A DNA stretch of 61,974 nucleotides, filler included, from Sphacelaria rigidula (lineage: Eukaryota), in the NCBI GenBank assembly GCA_964200075.2. It is 5 parts of 5 records of this genome, joined end to end, with 100 filler letters (N's around TTAATTAATTAA, not from the genome) between each part and the next. Parts side by side here need not be neighbours in the genome. Positions count along the whole stretch, not along the records: positions 49,661 to 61,974 come from CAXNAA020003899.1; 4 more parts are not named here. One strand, 5' to 3'. Shown here piece by piece: positions 50,161-61,974 of the stretch. Each line of letters opens with the position of its first letter. The first letter of the stretch is position 1. The notes below the pieces were generated by a model. That model saw only the letters and a list, made by a program, of their open reading frames with translations. It did not search any database and was not told the DNA's origin. The translations under genes were made by a program, and so were the position numbers.

Positions 50161-51055
50161 ATCTCTGGCGCGGGAGGGGCGTTATCAAGGCATCTGCCAA
50201 TAAATTCGAGTACTACAATAATGACTATGATGTACTATCGTAACGCAAACCCCTCGGGATATCATCACCGGTTATACGGGGTCTTGCACCGTGGCTCCTC
50301 GTACGACGTTAAGTTCTCCTCAAATGTTTCGCACATCCGATACTCGACACGGGAGCGCGTGTTCCTGAACAATCCGACGTTTTCTCGACCCTTACGAAAG
50401 TTGTCTTACCATCGCTTCACACCACAAAAATCCGTGTTTTTCCTTCTTTACTTTCAGCCTCGCAACCGCAAATAGCAGAGCGCTGAAGGGTCGGACGAAT
50501 TGATGATCCGTCTGGAAATGACTTGATTTTAGTGTGATTGATCCGTACCGTACGAATCAATCCCCAGGCTTTGCTTTCAGTGTTGCAACCCAGGTACGCG
50601 CAGCGCAGCCCACGCACGTGGAATGGCGCAAAAATTGCGTGGAGACCTTTTTGACCAGCGGTCAACTTTTTTTCCCTCCTTTTTCGAGCAACTAAGGCTG
50701 AAAAATCGTGGATTTCGTTATTCGAACCGGCGATGATTTGTCCGAACCGTGAGAGCGTTGGCATAAAGCATGGGTGGTGGATTATTGGGTGTACACGAGC
50801 TCAAACTTTCCAGCGCACCGGTAGGCGATGACTGGAGAGTAGAGTAGACTCAGGAAAGAAGAAGGAAAGAAAAAGACAAAGAGAATATAAGTATTTATAT
50901 ATATATATACAAAAAAATGGTCGGCCTTTGCCACACGGCTTCGGAGGAAAAGGTCTGGCGCAAAAACCACGCAAATACCCAATCGTAGGAAACAAATACC
51001 ATGGGAACAGATGGCAGCTCATCTGCTACGACCTCACTGTTTTGGGTATATGAAA

Positions 51056-51461
51056 GAGCCATCCTACGAAAGGGGGGGGGGGGGGGGGTGTTGGGTTGCC
51101 GGAAAAAAGGAGGGGAGAAATAGGGGTAGACTACACGCNNNNNNNNNNGGGGGGAGGGAGGGGCGCTTTGTTGGCCTGTGCTTTTTCTTTGTGGGAGTGT
51201 GGAGCCCGCCAGGCGAGGGGGGGGGGGGGGGGGGGGGTATTTGATTGCCCGAAAAAAAGAGGCTCGAAATCGTGTCAGACGACCTTCCACACTCGCGGTG
51301 CGCTTGTATTGAGTTCAACACGGTGTTAATCGGTATGAATGAGCATTCCTCGTCTATAACAAGCTCATTCGAGCAATAGTTGCTCCTTTCAACGGCGATT
51401 TGACTTGGAATTTCGTGCAAGAAAAGGCCCAAAATACCCCCCCCCTATCGTAGGATGACTC
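51056..51461. mobile_element. Sola-like MITE, second copy (spans a 10-N gap)
   Basis: gaaa|gagccatcctacgaaa(G)n ... (C)n tatcgtaggatgactc|gaaa, a perfect 4-bp TSD. Confidence 0.65.
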
Positions 51462-51791
51462 GAAACATCTCATCCATGAACAACCCTACAGGAATGAAGC
51501 ACCAAACTGCTCAGGCATACTGAATGTACATACATGTATATAGGACCAGACGAGGTAGCTTGCAACGCCGTACAAGCCAGATCGTCGTAGATATATATAT
51601 ATATATATATATATATAGATATTCATGTTATGTAATAGTATACTTTGTACATATATATTATAGTCACGGAAAGAAGAAATGGTAGATGACGAACCTGAAC
51701 TCCAATAAAAAATGAACGAGGGAAAGATACCTGAAACACGCACACACACAACAAAACTGAGAGGCGTCGACCTCACGTTATAATCCAGTAC

Positions 51792-54552
51792 CTCATTCGT
51801 TCCACCGCCTTCCGCCGCAGACGTACTGCTCGCGTGTAGTCTTCCGGAAGGGCCAGCTCGAGAGCATGCAGATCGATTGTTCCGTGCACTGCTTTCCAAA
51901 TGATCTGGAGAACGGAGACGTACCAACATTTTTCAACCGGGAAAAGAGGCGGTTTGTGTCTGTATGTCATCTGTTGTTGTTGTTGATGATGATGATGATG
52001 ATGATGAAGATAGTGCTGTGGTAGGAGTAAATCTGATCGAACTGTTATCATTGTGCATAAAAAACCGAAGCAGCAGGGCGGCACCGACGACAGCTGGGGT
52101 ATCTATCCATACAGCTTTGCAAGGGTAGGTCGAGTAGAGTTTACTCAATTGCGGGGTATTTCGAAAGTCGTACTTCAAGTACACAAATGGGGGGTAGGGT
52201 TCCAGGAATCGCTTCCCAGGTATCTTTTTGGTACGACTCCTAACACTCTACCCTAATTTGAGTACCCCAAGTACGTGTTTCGAAATACCCCGCAATTGAG
52301 TATACTCTACTCGACCTACCCTTGCAGCTTTGCTCTTCTTGTGCTTCTTGTATTCGAGGTTTGTTGAGCGAGTGCTTCGCTGTTTATGTACGTCGGGTCA
52401 CGTACATCTGCAGTAGAGCTAACCGGAGTTGGGCTATGATCCACCCAGAGTTGATGATACTTGATTTGAGTGTGAACAACGATAATCGGATCTTCAGTGG
52501 GACTTGACTGTCCCGTGTGCTCATAGCGTGTGCAGAACGCGTTTTCGTCCAAATCGGCGCCACAGGCGCAGATTTGGGGTCTACCAACGCCATGCTTTAC
52601 CTAGGGAACCCTGGGCACTTCTCTTGCCCGAGCGTTCTTGGTATGCGTTGGGTTGGAGCTAGGGTTAGGGTCAACGATAGTTGTAAGATGTGTCTACCAT
52701 GGTTATTAGGAGTAGGACCGGTGCTCCGTCTCGAAAGGGATGCGTGGTCAATGGCCACATGACTGAGGCAAGCGACACATGAGTACGCCCCCCCTCCCCT
52801 CTTTCCCCCTACTGTAAATACATATTTCCGGGGATGTCTTGATATAATTGATTGATGTTCGACTGGTCTATCATGCGACCATGGCTGGACCCGTGGGTGG
52901 TCAGTTAAAGTGCAACAATCGATCAATCAAAATGTGACGCACTAACTGATTTCTGTATCCAGAGCAAAATGAAAAACCAGCAAGGCGAATCTCGAAGTAA
53001 GAAAAACAATCAAGTACCCTGAAAAATAGGCGTTGTCATCCGATAAGCTACTCCAGGCCAGGTAAAGAACAACCCCCGGTCCCCAACCATCACGAACACG
53101 ACAGCGGAAGTCGAGATTGCCATTCGTCGCCGCGTGCGATATCCTCCAATTCCTACAAGCAGCCGGTGGGCCTTCATGTAAGCACACTCCTACGCAAAGA
53201 CATCACTTGGTAGAAGGAATCTTCGCGCGCGCGCACACGTATGTGTGTGTGGGATCAACACGTACTTCCGAATGCAATGATTCTTCAGCAGTCGGGTGTC
53301 CTATTGACACGGAGCTTATTCCTCACATAAGACAGGTGTATCTATCGGCTCACCAACACCTAGTGCACTGCACCGAAACAGAGGTTTCGCACCTGCTCAT
53401 CAACCTCCGCCGATAAGTTCGGCACCAAGGCGGCTGCAGCGGCGGCGGCGGCGCTCGAGGCAGCGGCGGTGAAGCCGATCCCTTTGCGCCGCTTAACCGG
53501 CGCGGGGCCTTTCCCCTTCCCGTCCGCGTCGCCGCGGGTCCCGGTCCTCCCGGACTCGGATTCGGTGTCTGATCCACCGCGCAAACGCTTCTCGGCGAGA
53601 GCCTTGGCGCGGGAAACCTGCCGTAAATTGACCGTGATACCCTGTGCACCGATGGGCCCAATTGAAAAGAGCCCGATGGATGTCGCGAGAAAAACAAAAA
53701 AAGGGGGGTGTCGGGCGGCGGTCGGGGGGTGAATGAATGATGATTACCGGTCTCACATGCAAGAACAAAAATCACTGCTACGGCGTGAGGACTCTGATAT
53801 GCCATCACGTGCGATACGGGTTTGTGTGACCCGTGTATTTGATAACACCCCCGGATTGCCTGGTGTTCACGATTCCTGCTTGCGGTGATACCCTCCGCCC
53901 CCTTTCGCCCCGTCGCCAAAGCATCCTGCTTTTACGAGCACCTGCTCTAAGAGTTGATTCCTGAGGGCGGAGGCAGGAATTGCCGGGTCCGCTTGCATCA
54001 CGGCGGCGACATCAACCAAAGCCTTCGAGGATGGCCTCATGCGTCCGCCGATGCAGCCCGTGTGGGCGGCGTCCTCAATGCTGGATATCTTCCAGTGCCC
54101 GGTGCCTTCGCAGCAACAGAACGGCGGGCGAAGAGATAGAGGCATTCAACGGACCGTATGAACGATTGCAACAACGGATTTTGACAAGCGTTAGAAAGGC
54201 AATGCTACAAATACGGGAGCGTCGATACTCGTAGCATACAAAAAAATCCATGGGAAATAAACGATTGAGGGGCTGGTGGGCGGAAGGTTGGTGGTGGAGG
54301 GCTACCGGATGCCGGATACGGACAACAAGAACAAAATAAACTTAGATTCGGAAACTTCGCACCACATTCTCGTGACTACTAAGGCGTTGGGGGAATGTTT
54401 TCACGACCTCCGAGCAGTAGAGGGTGAGGAGTAGAGCGACATTTTTTCTTATACAGCCAATGCAGCGGCTTGCGCAGGCATCCGCAACGCTTGTTTTCGT
54501 TTTCAGCCAATGTGCAAAACATTTCTTCAAGGCCGAAGAAGGACGGCGGTGA

Positions 54553-54604
<52 letters not shown>

Positions 54605-56161
54605 TGTTGAGGAAAGCAATTCGGGAATCCCTTGCGGGTGGGGCGATTGCATTAGTACGCTCTGCCTTATTTTTCGACAAACATCTGCATCGATCACAAG
54701 TTAAACCTGCCTCAACTCCAGGACGCGAAAGCTATGCTGCAGCCCCCGCCCCTCACATCCCACTCCCAACCACATTCCCTCTTCCTGTCTCACCTTTCGG
54801 GATACCGGTGGCCTTGACCGCTCGCACGACGTAATTGCAGCCTGCGCACCCGAATTTTTTTTGCCTGCTGCCGCCCTGTCGCAAGATGAAAGGGCAAAAT
54901 GAGGAAACGGAAACGGAAAATTGTGAGAGAATGAGGGGCTCGATTGGTGTTTGTGTTTCCCAAGGGTAGTGCGCGGGTCAGAGAGGCCGGGCGAACACGA
55001 CGGTGCACACTGGACACTGGGGCAGTGGGCGAAGTGTGGTCGTTTTGATTTTTGTTAATACACCTAGTGGATAAAACATAGAGCTTCACTCTAGGTATTT
55101 TAACAGCGATAAATAGCACAGAGCCACGAAACCGGCAGCATCGCCAGCAACTTGAAATCCGGCACAGCCGGACTCATGGGGATGCTTCATGAGGTGGCGT
55201 GTTTCGCTGCAAGAGCTAGAGAAGGTAAAATAGCTATCTACACCCCGAAACTACACTACTTTACATACTACGAGCACATCACAAGAACCAAGCGTTGAAT
55301 GAACAATGGAGGGACCACCCACCATTTTGCACACCAGTCCCCTTCCGTTAATCATGAGGCTAGTCTCCACAGCAAGACGCAGATCCTTGCTCGTCGGGAA
55401 CGTTGACCCCACCGAGATCGGAGGCAGGGCTGGCGGAGATACTAGTCCCGGCCCCGGGATCGGCCCTGCCCCGGACCCCAGAGTCGCTCCACCTCCCTCC
55501 ACCGCCGCCTTCCCTGTCCTCCGGGTGGGTGCGGCGGCAGCAGTAGCGGGCGGCAGTACAGCTCCCCTGGGAAGATATGCCCATCCCTGCTGCTGCTGCT
55601 GCTGCTGCTGTTGCTGTTGCTGCTGCTGCGGCTGCGGTGGCGGTGGGGGCAGCAGGCTCACAGCGGCCGAAGGCACGGCAGCACCGCCCGCTAGATTGCT
55701 ATTGTCGTTAGAACTCTCGTTCCCCGTAGCGGTAGCGGTGGCGGCGGCGGTGGCGGCGGCGGCGGCGGCGGTGGCTGCAGCGGTTGCGGCAGAGTTGAGA
55801 ATCGTACCAGCATCGCCGTCGACGAAAGAAGCCTGTTGTTCTTGCTGCTGGCGATTGTTTGGAATAGGCACGCCGGCATCGTTGGCATGCTGCTGGGTAC
55901 TTTCGGCGTAGAAAAGAGAATGGTTCGCTTGTTGCTCTGGGGGGGGTTGATCGGCAGCTGCTGATGTTGCGGCCACTACCGCCGACGGTGATTGTGATGC
56001 TTCAGTCGGAGTACCGGCGGGGCCTGATGGAGTATCAAGAGGGCATGGGGGAGCTGCAGCGGTGGTCAGAGTATGGTAGTCAGCAGTAAGAGGGCGTGGT
56101 GTAGGATTGTTGTCGTCAGTTGGCGTTGGTAGTATCGGTGAATGCTGCTCTTGGTGTATTC

Positions 56162-56198
<37 letters not shown>

Positions 56199-56339
56199 TT
56201 GCTGCTCGGGAGCGGCGGCGGCCGTGTCTTGGACGTTACTACTACTATCGAGAGGGGCTTCAGGGTGGTGTTCTGCGAGGCCAGCAGGCGGCGGCTGGGC
56301 TTCATGGTCTTCACTACTGGTATTAGGAGTCAACTCCAT
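51792..56339 (-). CDS. MULE/MuDR-transposase-derived (FAR1/MUSTANG-like) zinc-finger protein with Gln/Ala/Pro-rich N-terminus; 3' end not resolved
   Basis: Exons 56339-55323, 54875-54794, 54105-53942, 53641-53393 and probably 51904-51792 join in frame. They give VGSTFPTSKDLRLAV..KKFGCAGCNYVVRA..WKISSIEDAAHTGC..DPAIPASALRNQL..GITVNLRQVSRAK, the motif order of MuDR N-terminal DNA-binding regions. Confidence 0.72.
52120..52324. mobile_element. 205-bp hAT-type MITE, about 47-bp near-perfect TIRs, 8-bp TSD
   Basis: cagctttg|caagggtaggtcgagtagagt..gcggggtatttcgaaa ... tttcgaaataccccgc..actctactcgacctacccttg|cagctttg. Confidence 0.9.
52705..52809 (+). mobile_element. LINE family A 3' end
   Basis: taggagtaggaccggtgctccgtctcgaaagggatgcgtggtcaatgg..atgagtacg followed by a C-rich tract. 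Confidence 0.8.
54554..54602. repeat. (TG)n microsatellite
   Basis: Seen directly. Confidence 0.95.
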
Positions 56340-58310
56340 GAGCAATACAGTGCTCTATCAAGACCAAAGATACCGTACTACAATCTTGCAGGGCTGGTCG
56401 TACATGTACAGTACAGTACTGTACTGTACTACAGTTTACCTCGGGCAACACGGCAAGCACTTTTGAAAGAGGGTACAGTACACCCGAGATGGGTACACAA
56501 GAGGTACAGCTCCGGGACCACCGGCACAATGTTTTACTACTAGGGTCATTTTCCACAGAGGACCGACGCACCTCCTTTTCAAAGAACGCCTCTTTGCTCT
56601 TCCCTATTACTTGTGTTCGCACACATCCCCGAACACCAAACACATACCAGGGCGAAGGGATATCGAAAGCGTGAACGGAGATACAGACAGCGAACACGCC
56701 GTGAACCGTACTCGAGAAGTGACGCAAGTATCCAGGACTACTATCTCGACGGCATTCGACCGTGCACAGTTCGGGTGTTGCCGCAGTAGTTTATTTTGTT
56801 GGGGCTGACGTGACGAGGTCAGTGGCGCTCACTCTCGAAAGCTCACAACGTCCTCAGGAATCGAAACTCGCCAGCGACACCAACCGCCGGGCGTTGAAAA
56901 ATAAACGTTTCGCAGGCCGAAGTCGCTGAAAGCAAAGTACCGCTACTCCAGCTGACCGAAGTTGCGGGGCAGTGCTTATTATTTCCCTGGAGCGCGTCTC
57001 GTCAACTCAAGATGTCCTGCCACACCAAACAGGTTTCGGGTGATGTGCTTCTGGAAGGGTACAGGTGAGTCCCAATCCGAAAATTGCTGTTATTTCGTCG
57101 AGTAATATTTCTGATGGCTCTGTTGAAGTGATGTCCACACGCGGGGTTAAGTGGGGATCGTCGAGCATGGGGCAAGGGTGTTCTGGAGATGCCCTGATCT
57201 GTTCCTCGCGCATAACACCGGCGGCCCTACAACATGTTGTTGCTGCTTTTTTGTTATTCTCCCTGTGTTCTTGTTCTTGTTTTTGCTTCTTCCCTGCTTT
57301 CTTTCCCCTCATTTTTTGTGCCGTTTTGTGTTCTGCTCTTGCCCTCTTCGGTTACTAAAATAACGGAAGTTCAGGGTGGCAAAATGTTTCGGTTCCCTCT
57401 GATCGACATGATGTGAGAAGCGCTGCTCTCCAGCCTCACCACGTCGTTGCAAGCAAGCAAGCACCCTGCTACGCCCCACACAGCGAGCAGCAGCAGCACA
57501 GCCTCCTCGAGCGATCCTGCTGCCTCTCCACAAGAGAAGATCTCCGTGATTATCGTATGTCGCAAATCCACGAAAAACATAGTGATCAGCACATTTTTAG
57601 TCACGGATTCGCGGATCCCTTATATTTGACTTTGAATTAGAGGATTCGTCTAATTTTGACTTGGGCTTGCTACACCTGTCGGTCGTAGAGTTCGAACTGT
57701 TTCTTCCATGCTGCATACATCCTTGCGAGCTGTTGAGATCTAGTACTTCGGCGGTAGACGGATCCTGGTGCCCCTACTCGGCCGACGCGCGTGCACTTGT
57801 GCGATTATCCTTATGAGACTTCTTGTTATGAATTCTGTGCTAGTCGTCAGAGCTATGCTGCTCGGATCCTCGTTCAGTCTAAAATCATATCTCGTCGTCC
57901 TCTGAACCATTTACCCGACGGTCTAACGGGACCCCTGCAGTCGAAAGTACTGAGAATTGTACGTTCCACCTCGGATGCTTCGGAGCGGAAAACCACGTCA
58001 GAGACGCGTGTTCAATGCTCTTCTCACAGTACACCCACATCCTCAATCGTCGTGGCCAGCAACGTATCACGTGTAGTCCTGCCCTTTGTTGTTGCTGCTG
58101 TTGGAAGTACCTTGAATATTGACGAATGCATACCGATGTGACACTACCCCCGTGTTTCCGAGCCACCGCGCCTCTCCTGTCCTCCCGGAAGGTGACTCGT
58201 GCTGCAGCCTTACACACTCCACTCGGAGGCTGCAGTGTTTCCGAGACCAGTTTTGTTGATGTTTCTCCGTGGTTTTCGCGCCCCCCCTTTCCTCCGTTTT
58301 TTCACTCCAG

Positions 58311-60903
58311 ATCCTTGTCGCCGTCGCCGTTGCGACCAGCAAGCAAGCGTGCGCGCTCAATAGCTACTGAGGCAGCCCACCAGCAGCGAGAGCATGAAAA
58401 CAGACGCAAGTCGCACGTCTCGGCGCGGGGGGCATTGCCCCCCAAGAACCGTTCCTGCAGCAGACGCCAGTGGGCACCTACGCTCACGAGAACCGGCGAA
58501 TTGGACAGGTTTTTGCCTCCGTTGCCACAAACGGCGGCTATCAAGCCATCTCGCTCTCCGCTTAGCGGCGACTGCAGCACGACATCGCAACACGGTCGTG
58601 CACCCTCCCCTTCCCCTTCCATCTCTTCTTCCTTCTCCGGAGTAACTACATCCGCGGCTTTGTCGTCCCGAGCATCGCTCTCTTCTTGTCGCTCATCCTT
58701 CCAAGGGAGTAGCTCTGGCGGAGCCTCCGGTGTACCTGGCAGTAGCGCCGGTAGGGGTTACTACTCGACGGGTGGCGGGGGGTCAACACCTCCGAGGTCA
58801 TGCCGCTCCTCCCTCTCCTCCCGTTCCTCCTTCTACTCCTCCTTTCCTAGCACCAAGTCGTCTTCGAATGATGGGCGCTGGCGGCGGGGAGGTATGGGGG
58901 GCACGTCGACGATTGGGAGCGCAAGTGAAGTCGACTACAGTCGACTAGCTAGCAGTGTGAGGGACAGGGGAAGTGCCCGGTGGGAATCTAACCGAGAGAG
59001 GAGGTCAAGGAGGCGCGGTTCCGCCTGTGGAGGTGGTGGGGGTAGGCAGGACGAGAGGCCGCGCTCTCGAGGATACAAGAGAAGCAGGAGCTGCAGCAGA
59101 GAGCAAGCGGCAAGCGCCAAGGACTTCGCCGGTGGAGTAGAGTGTAGTCGGTGCCTGAAGTGGTGCAGGGCGAGTCGCGAGCGAAGGCCCATTACTCGGA
59201 CACTCCCGGTGAGCGACGTATTTTTTTCCATCAACATCTGTTTGTGGATTTGACTTGCTATGCGGGTACTGGCTCTTTGTAGAACGAGTTTTTCGTTGCC
59301 CCCACCTGGTGAGGGTGTGAAGTGTGCTAACATGGACCTATTTGAACGTTCCCCGCTCCCTTGTCCTCGACTGCGTCCTCGACTGATCTCGACCGATGTT
59401 CCTTCCCCCCTTTTTGGCAATTATATGCTCGTCGTTTCGTCCGATGCAGATGGAGTACTGGGTCCGCACGCCCGAGTGCAAGGCTGCAAAGTCCAACCAC
59501 ATCGAGTACATCGACAACGTCGCCTACTCCCGAGAGCAGGTCAGTCATCGGACAATGGTGAATGCCTTCACCGCCCGTCTGCAGAAATATCATACTGTTG
59601 GCATGCCTTGTACATATCCGCGGTAGTTCGAGCGCCTGTTGATGGCGTAGGATAAGAAGTACAAACATTCACCCCCTCCCAAGAAAGAACATAAAAGAGG
59701 TTGTGTATTCATCGAATCATATAACAAGTGAAGTAAAGAAGACACCGCGCCTCGAGTCTCCGAACCTCAATTCCCCGGTCGCTTTCGCTGTCATCGGGAG
59801 TCGAGTCATGACTCCAGGTAGGAAACACGCAATATTGCAGGAAAGGATATTACATGAGGAATTGAGGCGTGGGGCGGTGAGATGAGAAACTGCAGTGATG
59901 ACTCGACTAAGGGGCGGCGAATGTTGGCATGGAATTCGAGGTGAACCGGGAATGAACCGCGGGGCGCTAGAGTGGCAAACTCGTAATGACTCGACTCACA
60001 GTTGTATGACGGGATGACTGCATCTTATTGGGGGGTTTGCATTGGGCTAGTCGGGTGGTGTTGATGAAAGGGTCTAATGGAGAAACCAGCATGAGAATGT
60101 GTCGGTTGTGTGATGTTTCAGGTTTACTTTCTCTTGAACAAGGAGAGGGCACACATGATGTTGGACAAAGTTGGCGGACTCGGAAGGCTTTGGGCTGCCG
60201 CTAATAACCCAGCTACGCAATATTAGTGTAGGACTCTCGAAGAACACTCTTGGAACGACGCAGCTCTCGAGTGAGTCATCAGGAGCATCCTTTCCTTGTG
60301 TCCAGGAATACTAGTCTCTTGAACGTTGGTGTACATCTACTCGATGTTTTCAATAAAAAAACCTGGTGACGCTCTCACTCGTCAGATTTCGCCACTGACT
60401 TTCGTCTCCGCCGCCCCCTCCCCCTGCCGCCGGTCCTCGTCACGAATAAAACCGCTGTTCAGTTCATCGAAGAAACGGTCTTCACGTGCCCCTTTACTGG
60501 CGTGCAACGTGACACCCTCATCGAGCGCAACATGTTCCCCTACGACGTCCCCACTGACGTGGAGCACTGGACGCTGTGGAGCCGTCAGGATCTGACCGAT
60601 TCGGAGATGGAAGCGTTCGTGACTAAGTGGGTGGCGGAAAACCATCCTCACGTTGTTGAGTGGGAGTGCGACAACAACGAAGGAGACCGATCGATCGACT
60701 GGTATCACGTGCATGTATTTTTCAGATTGGGGTGCGAGGACAACAGCGGCGCCAAACGAGATCCGGCGTCTGTTTACAAGGGCCCTTGTCATGAGGTGTT
60801 GAACGTTGCGCCTGCCAGTGCTGGCAAAGAAAGGAGTGACGGAGAAGCGCGTACTGCGGAGAAAGAAATGGACACACCAGTGGCTGATGAAAGAACTGCG
60901 TGA
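58311..60903 (+). CDS. DUF3605 (Gig1-like, HIT-fold) domain protein with Ser/Arg-rich N-terminal region; 5'-partial
   Basis: Exons 58311-59208, 59450-59539 and 60463-60903 (stop) join in phase 0. Motifs ERNMFPYDVPTDVEHWTLWS and DRSIDWYHVHVFFR fit the NxFPY..H..WS..SI...HxHV pattern of DUF3605. Confidence 0.75.
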
Positions 60904-61974
60904 ACGTCGCTCGTTTTTCCCGTGTGTTTTTTCTACGAAAGACTTGTAGGTTTTGGGGAATCGTGAGAGGAGGGTTGGTTTGATGCTGCTCGAGCACGAT
61001 GTGTTGCCAAGTGAAGGATGATACAATGCGTTTCTCAACTGTCGAAAGCAGGGTAGATAAGAGGTGTGCGACGTGTCTCAGTAGTGACGCCAGTTTTTCA
61101 TTTCAGATATGTACTTGTACTCCCCGAAACCGAAATGGGTCGAAAGGAGCATGTGAATTACATCGAAGTGGTGTAATCTGTTGTTTGGAGGCGTGATGTT
61201 CAGAAGCCTAATGGATGCGTACATGAGATGTTTTCGGGCAGTGTCATGGTTGGCCCTTGACACTATCTGAAGCGCACAGTCGTTTTCCACACGGGAGTGC
61301 CAGTTACTCCCGAACGTGACCTTTGTGGGGGTCGTGTTTGTTCATGTTGCAGAGATGGGTGGCATTTTATCAAACAGCAACCGAGGCCGTGCACACCGAC
61401 GAAGCTTGGTTGTTAGCAACTCGTTTTGTAAGTTATTGGTTTGAGGATGTTTGTGTCGGAATGGCTTGTCTCTGGTGTGCTGTATTTTTCACAAAATGGA
61501 TGTTTATATGTACAGTATCTGCAGGCTCATCAAAGCGTCGTGAATGCAATATCGTCGCTTTTCGTGACCTTGGTGAGGGGTATCTGTGTAGAACCATCAT
61601 CGGGTGGTCGGGCTATTGACACAGATGACTCTTGGTATGGCGGCGGGGTTATCCCCACCGATGCGGTCATGTCCAAATCATCAACCCACGAATGATGAAG
61701 GCCCTGGACACGCCGGAGGCACCGCCACCTTATCCCCAAACGGGCTGGACCAGCCTGTGTTGTTGCGTGTTGTGTTTTCATTATTCTGGACGCCAAGCTA
61801 CCCCTTTTGGGGTATGTGGCCACATCAGCCGGAGTCACACAAGAGGTACAGCACAGATATTGTTTTCTGGGTGATGGCCTAGAAAAGGTATAATACCTTC
61901 TCGTTTATTGCCGAGGAAAGGTACGAAATATGGCCAGAAACGCGAAAACAGCCAAACACGCCATTTTGACAGTT

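Noticed and set aside
55306-56543. Plus-strand poly-Cys/poly-Leu ORFs
   Set aside because: These are antisense shadows of the (CAG/CAA)n polyQ tracts in the minus-strand gene.
1-61974. CRISPR array, operon or prokaryotic defence system
   Set aside because: No regularly spaced direct repeats or operon-like ORF runs; the sequence is spliceosomal-intron-rich eukaryotic DNA.

Overview
Eukaryotic, intron-rich nuclear DNA. Gene and repeat style point to a brown alga (Phaeophyceae); that assignment is inference. The window is not one locus. It is five pieces of 12316, 12315, 12315, 12314 and 12314 bp joined by identical 100-bp N/TTAATTAATTAA spacers, most likely length-sorted contigs, so no synteny can be read across spacers. 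Genes reconstructed by hand from splice sites: a complete 12-exon NCL-type Na+/Ca2+ exchanger with two EF-hands and one GC-AG intron; a partial coiled-coil gene; a partial 60S RPL23a (uL23) gene whose intron carries a box C/D snoRNA with an LSU-rRNA guide (SNORD29/snR71-like) plus a decayed tandem half-copy; a secreted POMP/beta-helix-repeat protein; an intron-containing MULE/MuDR-derived zinc-finger gene with polyQ/polyA tracts; and a DUF3605-like HIT-fold gene. Repeats include a DIRS/Ngaro RT fragment, a tRNA-headed SINE and several MITEs. The most distinctive signal is at least 13 5'-truncated copies of two related LINE-type families that end in GAGTAC(G/A) followed by a C-tract instead of poly(A). 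Three of them abut splice acceptors.
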